The position numbers and the translations under genes are program-made. Positions 1-7,847 of a stretch of DNA of 60,963 nucleotides are shown here, piece by piece (positions within the stretch are counted from its first letter, which is position 1; every line of letters starts with the position of its first letter). The notes beneath the pieces are model-generated. The model worked only from the letters and a program-made list of their open reading frames with translations. It was not told where the DNA came from and searched no databases. Source of the DNA: a virus (lineage: Duplodnaviria > Caudoviricetes); IMG/VR virus record IMGVR_UViG_3300050004_000011, positions 1 to 60,963 of that record. One strand, written 5' to 3'.

Positions 1-11
1 GATTGATGGTG
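1..11. repeat. Terminal overlap GATTGATGGTG (copy at 60953-60963); circular contig
   Basis: Identical 11-mer at both ends and an ORF intact across the join. Confidence 0.85.
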
Positions 12-319
12 TGACCGAGAGCGCACCACCAGTAAGCGATCGCGCTCACGTTGGCGCCGCTGGTGTCGACCAGGGACGCGACGGGCACCTCGATGGGGTA
101 CCTCTGACCGGCTGCGAGCGGGATGGTGAGCGTGGTACCCTTCGCCGTGACCACCACAGCGGACTCGGCGGTCGCGCCGGCGTTGAACACGTCCACGAGT
201 TGAGCAGCGTGGTCGGGGCGGCCCACCACCGTCGTCAGGTCTGTGGTGGCGTAGTTGGCGGCGTAGGTCGTGCTGTAGTCTGCAGCGCGATTCCGGTTCA
301 CATCAGAAGGATTCTGCAC
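1..319 (-). CDS. Small putative virion protein spanning the circular junction (ends at stop 60942-60944)
   Basis: GTG at 319 opens a frame (VQNPSDVNR...WWCALGHTIN) that continues through the terminal overlap to PAP-stop, 3 nt before the ATG at 60938. Confidence 0.7.
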   Translation of the reverse strand, partial: MQNPSDVNRNRAADYSTTYAANYATTDLTTVVGRPDHAAQLVDVFNAGATAESAVVVTAKGTTLTIPLAAGQRYPIEVPVASLVDTSGANVSAIAYWWCALGHTIN

Positions 320-520
320 ACACTAGCATACCATGCGGAGCAACAACTGGCCACACGTGGCGCCACGCAAAACGACAACTCAAAGCGACAAGTGACGCCA
401 CCCCCGAAAACACGGCAAAAAACAACTGTCGTGTGCAGTGCTGTCGGAACCCCGCGTCACTTCAGAACAATTACGTTTCTTATTGACACGGGGAACCGAA
501 TGTGAAAATGACCGCACCGC

Positions 521-565
521 CCTCTCACGCCGGTAACACGGGTTCAATTCCCGTTGGGGTCACCA
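521..565 (+). other. attP core: 3' half of tRNA-Glu(CTC), anticodon loop to CCA
   Basis: CCTCTCACGCCGGTAACACGGGTTCAATTCCCGTTGGGGTCACCA has T-arm GGTTCAATTCC and a CCA end; no 5' half; lies 4 bp from the integrase stop. Confidence 0.85.
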
Positions 566-569
566 ATAA

Positions 570-1766
570 TTACGAGAGGTTGCAGGACGCGCCGGAATCC
601 AAATCGACAGTTTTCGTTGTCGGAATGGAATACTGGGCCAAAGCTGCCTCGAAATCCATTTCCGTTTCGTCCTGGGGCGCGGCCGGCAGCGCCGCCGGCA
701 GCGCGGCCTCGGGGATGTGGATCACGTCGGGGATGTGGTAGCGCTGGTGGGTGGACATGCTCTTGTGCCCGCTCGCGCGCATCGCCGTCTGTGCGTTCAG
801 GCCGCTGGCCGCCACCGCGGTTACGTAACTGCGCCGGAACGAGTAGAAGTCCGTCCGCTTCGTCTTGTCGGTGGCGTCGTGGAGCTCCGCGCGGGTGATG
901 CCTGCCTCGAGCAGCGCCTGGCGCAGATCGCGCGCGTAGGAGTGCTTCTGGAAGGGGAACACCAGACCACTGTCGGGCCTGCCCGCGTCGTCCCACCAGC
1001 CCCGCAGCGTGGCGGCTACGAGCTGCGGCAGGCCAAGGCGCTCGCGGGGGGCGGGCTCGGCGTCCTCGTCGGCGTGGTGCTCCGTCTTGGGCCTGGGGGC
1101 GTCAGCCCACATCCAGTTAGTTCGGTCCAGGTCCTCCCAGTCCCAGGCGTGCATGTCGCTGGGCCGCAGGCCGCCGAAGCACCTGCTCACGAGGGCCATG
1201 ATCGCGAGCTGCCGGCGCGGGCCGCGCACGTGGTGGGCGAAGAAGGCGGTGAACTCACTGTCGGTCAGCAGCACCCGCTTGCGGCGGTCGCGTGCAATTT
1301 TCGGGATGCGCACCCGCTCACCCTTCGCCGGGTTGTACTCGAGCACCTCGTCGCGCACGAGCTCGGCGAACACCTTGCTCATGTCCACGTGCAAATGCTT
1401 GACCGTGTCCAGCGCCAGGCCCGCGGCGCGCGCGGCCTCGAGCACGGCAGAGATCTGACCGCTCTTGATCGAAGTGACCGCAAGGTGACCCAGCACGGGC
1501 CAGGCGTACCTGCGCAGTCTGGAGAGGCGCTCATCCGCGGTGCGCATGCCGTCACGCTCGAGGACGGCGCAGACCCGCGTGCAGGCCTCGCGGAAGGACT
1601 CGGCGCCGGGCTCCGGTGTGGGGCCCCCGGCCACCAGTTCACGCATTCTGACCAGAGCCAGCCCCCGGTCGGTGGTGTGCAGCGGTATCAGCTTCCCACC
1701 CGCGATTCGTGCGGAAAACCCGCGCCCGGTGGGGACCAGTGTTCCAGTTCGTTTTCGTCCGGCCAT
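570..1766 (-). CDS. int: Tyrosine recombinase/integrase
   Basis: GLRPSD, YSFRR, GHKS..THQRY catalytic pattern; adjacent att site; start placed at MAGRKR. Confidence 0.9.
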   Translation of the reverse strand: MAGRKRTGTLVPTGRGFSARIAGGKLIPLHTTDRGLALVRMRELVAGGPTPEPGAESFREACTRVCAVLERDGMRTADERLSRLRRYAWPVLGHLAVTSIKSGQISAVLEAARAAGLALDTVKHLHVDMSKVFAELVRDEVLEYNPAKGERVRIPKIARDRRKRVLLTDSEFTAFFAHHVRGPRRQLAIMALVSRCFGGLRPSDMHAWDWEDLDRTNWMWADAPRPKTEHHADEDAEPAPRERLGLPQLVAATLRGWWDDAGRPDSGLVFPFQKHSYARDLRQALLEAGITRAELHDATDKTKRTDFYSFRRSYVTAVAASGLNAQTAMRASGHKSMSTHQRYHIPDVIHIPEAALPAALPAAPQDETEMDFEAALAQYSIPTTKTVDLDSGASCNLS

Positions 1767-1855
1767 GCTGTTGCTCCTTTGAACGGCGCTTATGGAAGTT
1801 TCTTTAGATAAAAAAAGACCACAAGTCATTTGACGCGCTGGCGACTCAGTGCACA

Positions 1856-2716
1856 ATGCATCTCATGACTCGCTCAGCAGCAACATCATCCGCACAACAC
1901 CGCGCCGTTCGTCAACCCTCCACCGTGTCCCAGCCGGCCCCCGCGCGCCAGGCGTTTCAGGTGAGTTTTGCCACGCTGGAAGAAGAAGCGGCGCACTACG
2001 ACCGACTGGCCGCTGATGCGCGCGCCCGCAAAGCCGAGCTCGAAGAGAAGGCGCGCCTGGAAGAGGAAGCACGTCTGGCCGAAGAGGCACGCAAAGCCGA
2101 AGAAGCACGCCTGGCGGCCGCCGAGGCCGAAGAAGCAAAGGAAGCCGAAATGATGCACACCACCAACGACAAGCAGAAGAAGTCTCGCTCCGCCAAAGCA
2201 AAGACCAAACTGGCCGCAGCCGAAAAGGAACGGCGCGAAGCCGCGAAGGCTGCGGCAGGGCAAAAAAAGGGCATGTTCACGCTGCGCAAGCAAATCAAGG
2301 CCGTTGGGATAACGGGACAGCGTCTCGAGAAACTGCTCTCAGAAATTCAATACATGCGGTCGGATGTGGTCGAAGCAGACGACGAGGAAGAGATCCCCAC
2401 CACTTACACAGGAACGGGTATGGGCGAAAGACTCGAAGAAATCATGGAGCTCGTGGACGAACTGGGCGTGATCTCGGCCCCCGAGGTCTCCAAGCGCGTG
2501 CTCGGCAAGGGTGGCAAAAAGTGGGAGGGCAACCCAGTTCGGCAGCAACTCATGAAGTTGGTGCGACAGGGACACCTGCAATCCGCGTCGTGCAAGGTCC
2601 CGCAAATGAGTGGCGGTATCGTCAAGCGCAGCCCCACCATCATCTACGCCCGCACCGACGCCGCACTGATGGCCTACAAGCTGAAAATGGAAGAAGATCG
2701 CAACCCCAAGCAGTGA
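1856..2716 (+). CDS. Ala/Glu/Lys-rich coiled-coil protein with C-terminal winged-HTH-like domain; possible regulator
   Basis: EEARLAEEARKAEE repeats; ISAPEVSKRV...VRQQLMKLVRQGHL resembles a wHTH; divergent from int. Confidence 0.5.
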   Translation: MHLMTRSAATSSAQHRAVRQPSTVSQPAPARQAFQVSFATLEEEAAHYDRLAADARARKAELEEKARLEEEARLAEEARKAEEARLAAAEAEEAKEAEMMHTTNDKQKKSRSAKAKTKLAAAEKERREAAKAAAGQKKGMFTLRKQIKAVGITGQRLEKLLSEIQYMRSDVVEADDEEEIPTTYTGTGMGERLEEIMELVDELGVISAPEVSKRVLGKGGKKWEGNPVRQQLMKLVRQGHLQSASCKVPQMSGGIVKRSPTIIYARTDAALMAYKLKMEEDRNPKQ

Positions 2717-2792
2717 TCCCCGAAACAGACCGTCGATCAGGACAATCCCAATAGTTGGGCACACTTGACCCCGATCCACACCCTTCCGTCGA

Positions 2793-4352
2793 TCACCGTC
2801 GGTTGGCGATCTTCGCCAGGTTCTCTCGGTACCGCCTCGATTTGTCCGCGAGGCGGTCCAGGGCCTGGGTGGTGGTGTCAACGTGATCGTCGTGGGTGAA
2901 CCGGGGGAACTTGATGTGCTCCTCCCTGACCACGTCGGCGCCGATGATGTACTCGATCTTGTCCACCTTGCGCGAGTCCCCGGGCGGGTACACCACCTGC
3001 CCTGACTCCCACTTCTCGGTGTGGACGTGGTAGCGCTCCTCCTTGGACCCCTGCGGCTCCACGCCCTTGATGCCGGGGAATTTTGATTGCATCTCCTCGA
3101 TGATCGCTGGACCGTTTGCCTTGAGCTCGATCAGCTTGATTTTTGCCCGGTGCCAGTGCGGGCGGGACTGCGCGAGCGTGAACTGCGCCTTGGACGCCAC
3201 GTAGTTCCAGTGCCCACCGACCCAGTCGATCAGACAGTACATCTCCGGGCGCCCCTCGAGCTTGCGCACGATGTAGTCATTTTGGGTGTTGGGCACGCGC
3301 GCCATGCGGTCAGCCAGGCTGCTGAAATACTCACGCACCTCGGCCAGGTCGCGGGTCACGCACCAGAGCTCGCCAGCCACCTTGCTGTGGCTCTCCTTGG
3401 TGCCCTTCGACGAGAAGTCCCACGACTGCACGAAGGTGCCCTTGGTGGGCGCGGAGATCCACTCGAGGCGCGTCCAGGACTCCTCCACGAAGCCGCCAGT
3501 GGCAGGCGTCGGGTCCTGCTGTAGTTGCGCCGAGGCCTCGTTCTTGAGCTTGATCTCCTGGGCGCGTACACGCTCCTCAGGGAACAGTTCCGGCCAGAGC
3601 AGTTCGCCCACTTCCTTGCGCGGGTCGCGAGCCCACATGCTGCGTTTCACCTGCCGTGCCGGCAGGACCAGGCTCTCGTAGCCCTCCGCGATGCACCGCC
3701 CCGCCAGGTCATTGCTGTGAACCCTTTGCATCACGACAACAATCCAGCGCTTAACGCGGGTCTGCAGGGTGCCATCAAACCATGCATCAACTTTCTTGAA
3801 TGCTGCCTCGCGCCCCAAAATTGCATCTTGAGGTTTGAGTGGATCGTCGATGATGATCCCGTCAACGTGACGTCCGGTTCCCTTCCCCTCTGGACTCGTA
3901 TTAAATCGAAATCCACCACGCGAATTTTTGAACTCGCGCAGAGCTGGCGCCTCCTTGCGCAGCTTCACGTACGGATAAGCAGTCTTGTATCGAGCATCGT
4001 TCAGGATGCTGATCATTTGCTCGCTTTGGTTGTTGAGCAGTGACTGGTCGAAGCTGCCCGCCAAAAAGCTGCAGCCCGGATCAAGTGTCCAGAACCATGC
4101 GGGCCAGAAGACGCCTACCATTTTGCTTTTGCTATGGCCGGGAGGAATGTTGATCACGAGGCGCTTGACTTCGCCCAACGTGACTGCGGTCAGATATTCG
4201 CAAATGGCCTCAAGATGCCAATTATCCAAAAAGTCTCGGGGGTCTGTGACGCCCCAGAACTGGCGGACAAATTCGTGTAAACCGCCCCGATCGATCAACT
4301 CCCGCATGATCAGGGCTTCTTCGGGGTCGAACTCGGTGTCGGCGTCAAGCAT
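2793..4352 (-). CDS. terL: Terminase large subunit
   Basis: INIPPGHSKS Walker A, IIIDDP Walker B, QSWDFS and HDDHVD nuclease motifs. Confidence 0.93.
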   Translation of the reverse strand: MLDADTEFDPEEALIMRELIDRGGLHEFVRQFWGVTDPRDFLDNWHLEAICEYLTAVTLGEVKRLVINIPPGHSKSKMVGVFWPAWFWTLDPGCSFLAGSFDQSLLNNQSEQMISILNDARYKTAYPYVKLRKEAPALREFKNSRGGFRFNTSPEGKGTGRHVDGIIIDDPLKPQDAILGREAAFKKVDAWFDGTLQTRVKRWIVVVMQRVHSNDLAGRCIAEGYESLVLPARQVKRSMWARDPRKEVGELLWPELFPEERVRAQEIKLKNEASAQLQQDPTPATGGFVEESWTRLEWISAPTKGTFVQSWDFSSKGTKESHSKVAGELWCVTRDLAEVREYFSSLADRMARVPNTQNDYIVRKLEGRPEMYCLIDWVGGHWNYVASKAQFTLAQSRPHWHRAKIKLIELKANGPAIIEEMQSKFPGIKGVEPQGSKEERYHVHTEKWESGQVVYPPGDSRKVDKIEYIIGADVVREEHIKFPRFTHDDHVDTTTQALDRLADKSRRYRENLAKIANRR

Positions 4353-4389
4353 GTGTAGTCATTTCAGGTAGGCCGGGATCCAGCGTCCA

Positions 4390-4569
4390 GTTGCAGATTC
4401 CAGGGCCTGCACGCCCTTTGGTTTGTGCCGCGGAGCACACCGCACTGACGTTCCTGCTCCCGTTGCAGATTCCAGGGCCTGCACGCCCTTTGGTTTGAGT
4501 GCATTGCTTGGCGCCGCGCAGGACGCCCGCACCGTTGCAGATTCCAGGGCCTGCACGCCCTTTGGTTTG
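4390..4569 (-). CRISPR. Mini CRISPR array: 3 identical 36-bp repeats, two 36-bp spacers
   Basis: Repeat (minus strand) CAAACCAAAGGGCGTGCAGGCCCTGGAATCTGCAAC at 4390-4425, 4462-4497, 4534-4569; unique spacers 4426-4461 and 4498-4533; 7 bp after the nuclease stop. Confidence 0.95.
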
Positions 4570-4576
4570 TCGTCAT

Positions 4577-5860
4577 TCACGCAGCCAAGGATATCGAGGC
4601 TTTGTGGAGGATGTTGCGAGCGGCGTTGATATCCGCGTCTTCGACGTGTCCGCAGCCAGGTGCTACGCACGTGTAGAGTTTGCCGTTCCTGGCTTCTTTC
4701 GCCACGTTGCCGCAATGCGAGCAGGTCTGGCTGGTATAGGCGCAATCCACCTCTCGCACGCGGTCACCAAGTCGCAGTTTGATGACATCCAGCGTCGCGT
4801 GCATGTAGGACAGCCCGCCTGTGTTGCTCTTGAAGTTCTTCGCAAGTTTCTCAACAGCAACGAACTCGTGGAGCTCAAGGCGCGGTAGTAATTCGGAGTG
4901 CAGCCAGTGTACCACGCGACGCTTGTCTGCTTGGTCGATGCGGGCAATCTTGCGGCGCGCACCAACGATCTGCTCAGGACAACGACTCAGGTCAGCCACC
5001 GACTGCAGGGCCGCTCGCGCGGTACGTGCCAGCGCAGTGCGGTCATTTTTCTTGGTGTAACCGTCACTGAGAGCCACCAGATCAGTCTGACCGACATCCA
5101 GCCCGACGCCAGGAGAAACAGGTGTAGTCAGTTTACGCGCAGGCACGATACACTTAACCGCGGCGTACCAACCGTCCGCACGCAAGTTGAGAGTCACACC
5201 CTGCACTTGCTTGCCTGGGATCGGTCGCCGAAGACGTCCCAGCAGAACCATCCCGTTCACCTTGATGCGCGCGTTGTACCAAGGCGCTCCTCGCCGCTCC
5301 CCGTAGAACCCTCCGGTTTCGACCAGAGGTGCGTTCCCCCACACCAGCGGGGCCGGGTCGTTTCTGCGCTTGTAGTTGGCGCGCTTGGTCCTCATCACAC
5401 GCTTTACCGTGTCGCGATACAACACCGCGTTGCCCAGACGACCGTAGATTGAGCGCAGGTCCTGGTACGAATCCTTGCGCCAATCTAGCTCCGGGCGACC
5501 TTTCACAGCGGCGTCGATCTGCTTGTAGTATTTCATCCACACACCCGACGCCAGCACGTCTTTGCAAGCACGCTTGTGCTCGCGCCAGAGCTCTTTGACC
5601 GCCAGTTTTTCTTCGTCAGTCGTTGGCGTCGGGGGGTTCGGAGGCTCTGGCATTACCGGTGCGTCGCCCACCAATTGCTCGCGTTTCGCACAGGCCTTGC
5701 GAGCGTTCTTGACGTCCTCACGCCCACGAACGATGTGGTTGGTGATGTTGCGCACCTCGTCTTGCAGGACGCGCAGGGTTGCGTGTGCTTCCGCGTCGGG
5801 GTAGAGACGGATAAGCTCGACACGTAGTTCGGTGTTCGGTGGTAGTATCAGTTTGTTCAT
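4577..5860 (-). CDS. Compact type V CRISPR effector (TnpB/Cas12f-like RuvC nuclease, 427 aa)
   Basis: N-terminal IRLYP; RuvC-I VGLDVG, RuvC-II VAVEKL, zinc finger TSQTCSHCG...CVAPGC, RuvC-III DADINAARNI; flanked by CRISPR repeats. Confidence 0.92.
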   Translation of the reverse strand: MNKLILPPNTELRVELIRLYPDAEAHATLRVLQDEVRNITNHIVRGREDVKNARKACAKREQLVGDAPVMPEPPNPPTPTTDEEKLAVKELWREHKRACKDVLASGVWMKYYKQIDAAVKGRPELDWRKDSYQDLRSIYGRLGNAVLYRDTVKRVMRTKRANYKRRNDPAPLVWGNAPLVETGGFYGERRGAPWYNARIKVNGMVLLGRLRRPIPGKQVQGVTLNLRADGWYAAVKCIVPARKLTTPVSPGVGLDVGQTDLVALSDGYTKKNDRTALARTARAALQSVADLSRCPEQIVGARRKIARIDQADKRRVVHWLHSELLPRLELHEFVAVEKLAKNFKSNTGGLSYMHATLDVIKLRLGDRVREVDCAYTSQTCSHCGNVAKEARNGKLYTCVAPGCGHVEDADINAARNILHKASISLAA

Positions 5861-5880
5861 GGTTCACACACCGTTGTCTA

Positions 5881-5916
5881 GTTGCAGGTTAGAGGGTCTG
5901 CACACCCTGTGAATCA
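5881..5916 (-). CRISPR. Solo degenerate repeat upstream of the effector, followed by a 20-nt guide-like segment (5861-5880)
   Basis: 26/36 identical to the array repeat; stem AGGGT/ACCCT replaces AGGGC/GCCCT; GTGCAG loop and CTGCAAC end invariant. Confidence 0.85.
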
Positions 5917-7611
5917 AAGCCACAGGCGCCCACCCCTCATCGTCAAAATCGCTCGCTTGCCATTATGGTAGACAACGGTGTGCGAAACGCTCCACGAGCT
6001 CGGACCGTGTGCGTATGGCAGCCGCCTGTTGCACACCCCCGATGAGAACACGCCGTCGCGGATGCACGCCTTGTGGCTGTGCCCCTTCACGATGCGTGTG
6101 GCCATGCGCGAGTACGCCGCGTCGCTGCCGCGCGAGCCATCAGGGCCTCGATCGCCGTGGAGTCCGCACTCGACGGGGTGGTCCGGCGGCCCCACCACGA
6201 AGGACTCATCGCCGCCCAGGAACCGGGCCAGGCTTCCGACGCCATGCCGCTGCATCGCCCACTCCAGGAAGTGCCACCCCTGCCCCTCGCGCAGCGCGCG
6301 GACGCGCGCCAGCTGGGCCTCGAGGTAGAGCTCGGCGTTGGGCAGGTCGGTCTTATAATCCGCCTCGTCCAGCCAGCGCTCTCCGTGAACGTCGTGGTTG
6401 CTCGCCACCACGACTGTCTGGCAGAAGTCACGGTGGGCTAGGTGCAGCAGCGTTGCGGTCACTTTGAGCTCGGCCTCCACGGTGTCGACATCAGCGCCAC
6501 CGATGTGCTTGGCGAAGCGCGCCGCGAAGGACTTCACCTCGTGGTGGCTCCGGTTGCGAAATGAGAGCGTGTCGTGCCAGAGTTGCACTCGGGGCCGCAG
6601 GGTGTCGATCACGCTGTCGGTTCGCCCCCAGTTCAGAGCGCGGACCGCAGGATCAATCTCGCTCGCGTGTATGTCTCCCCAAGATATGGCTTCGACGCGG
6701 TGTCCGCGGGTCACCTGCCCGTCCGCCACGCGGAACGTCAGATCGTGGAACGCGCCGTCGTCGTCCGCGTTCAATTGCCGACACCACCAATTCTCCGAGA
6801 CCAGGTCGACCTCAACAATGAGAGCACCGAACTGGTGATGGAACTCCGCTTTGATGCCCTCTTTTTTGGCGATGTAATTTCGCTGGGTGACGGCGCCGGT
6901 CGTGAAATTCAGCTTGGGCGGGCGCTCACCGATGACCGGCACGCTCTCGAGCGCGATCTTGGCGTGCGGGAAGATGCCCGACGCCGGTCCCGAGTACGAC
7001 TCCAATCCCGATAGTGGGCGGACCGCGGTCGGCAGGATGTTCATTTCTGCGCACCACAGCAGGTCCGGCGCCAAACGCCACTGGCAACTACCGTGCTTCT
7101 GGGGGTCGTCGCAGATGTACTGCTGGATGGCTGGATCGTACCAGAGCCCCTCGTGGTCGCTGCTGCTCGCACGCCCTGCCTTGGTGGCCTTCGCGCCGTA
7201 CGCAGATTTGTTGTAGCTGAACCTAGACACCATGATGCGAGCACCAGTGGCCTCCGCGTACGCTTCCAGGTTTGCCAGGAACTCCGCGTGCACTGGCGTG
7301 TTGTTCTGCGCGCTGGTCAAGATGTAACGGGCCACCTCCGGGCGGTGCGCGCCGGTGCACAGGTCGTTGGGTTGCGGTGCGGGGACGTGCCCGTGCACTA
7401 TCGGGCCGCTGTCGGGGGCCGGTTGCGCGGCGGCGCGGGCGCGGGCCTGCACGGAACGCAAGCGTGACTGAAGTTTGGTGCGCTTCCAGCCGAGCGCCTG
7501 CGCAGCGGTGTTCTGACTGCCGTGCTCCACCAGGGCCTCGATGGCGGTGCGCTCGGTAGTGCTCATGGGGAGATCGAGCAGGCTGGCGTACGGGTTGATG
7601 GGTGCGGTCAT
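5914..7611 (-). CDS. HTH plus metallophosphoesterase-fold protein (T5 A1-like nuclease)
   Basis: ILTSAQNNTPVH, WGDIH, SNHD, HGD, GHSH motifs; N-terminal HTH; start at MTAPINP. Confidence 0.7.
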   Translation of the reverse strand: MTAPINPYASLLDLPMSTTERTAIEALVEHGSQNTAAQALGWKRTKLQSRLRSVQARARAAAQPAPDSGPIVHGHVPAPQPNDLCTGAHRPEVARYILTSAQNNTPVHAEFLANLEAYAEATGARIMVSRFSYNKSAYGAKATKAGRASSSDHEGLWYDPAIQQYICDDPQKHGSCQWRLAPDLLWCAEMNILPTAVRPLSGLESYSGPASGIFPHAKIALESVPVIGERPPKLNFTTGAVTQRNYIAKKEGIKAEFHHQFGALIVEVDLVSENWWCRQLNADDDGAFHDLTFRVADGQVTRGHRVEAISWGDIHASEIDPAVRALNWGRTDSVIDTLRPRVQLWHDTLSFRNRSHHEVKSFAARFAKHIGGADVDTVEAELKVTATLLHLAHRDFCQTVVVASNHDVHGERWLDEADYKTDLPNAELYLEAQLARVRALREGQGWHFLEWAMQRHGVGSLARFLGGDESFVVGPPDHPVECGLHGDRGPDGSRGSDAAYSRMATRIVKGHSHKACIRDGVFSSGVCNRRLPYAHGPSSWSVSHTVVYHNGKRAILTMRGGRLWL

Positions 7612-7847
7612 TTTTGGGCGGTGTCCTGGGTGCGGAGGCGGTACAGGGCGCGCAGCGCGACACCCAACGAAATGAAGCTGAAGGCGAGCATGCCCGGCAG
7701 TCCTGAGTAGTAGGAGAGCAAGCCCCAGCCGACCTGGCTTGAGAGACACACCCACCAGCCCAACACGTAGCGCTGCTCGGCCAGCAGCCAGCGCGTGAGC
7801 ACAGACCAGACGCACATCACCCAACTACCGAGCTCGATGGCGGTCAC
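7608..7847 (-). CDS. Small multi-pass membrane protein
   Basis: Three hydrophobic segments; GTG start overlapping the upstream stop. Confidence 0.55.
   Translation of the reverse strand: MTAIELGSWVMCVWSVLTRWLLAEQRYVLGWWVCLSSQVGWGLLSYYSGLPGMLAFSFISLGVALRALYRLRTQDTAQK

Noticed and set aside
490-565. Complete tRNA gene
   Set aside because: The 5' acceptor strand and D-arm are absent; only the att-type 3' half is present
4359-4745. ORFs with repeated KPKGVQALESAT peptides
   Set aside because: They are translations of the CRISPR repeats
4577-5860. Ordinary IS200/IS605 TnpB insertion
   Set aside because: No tnpA and no IS end hairpins seen; the gene is flanked by spaced CRISPR repeats with no intergenic room for an omega RNA
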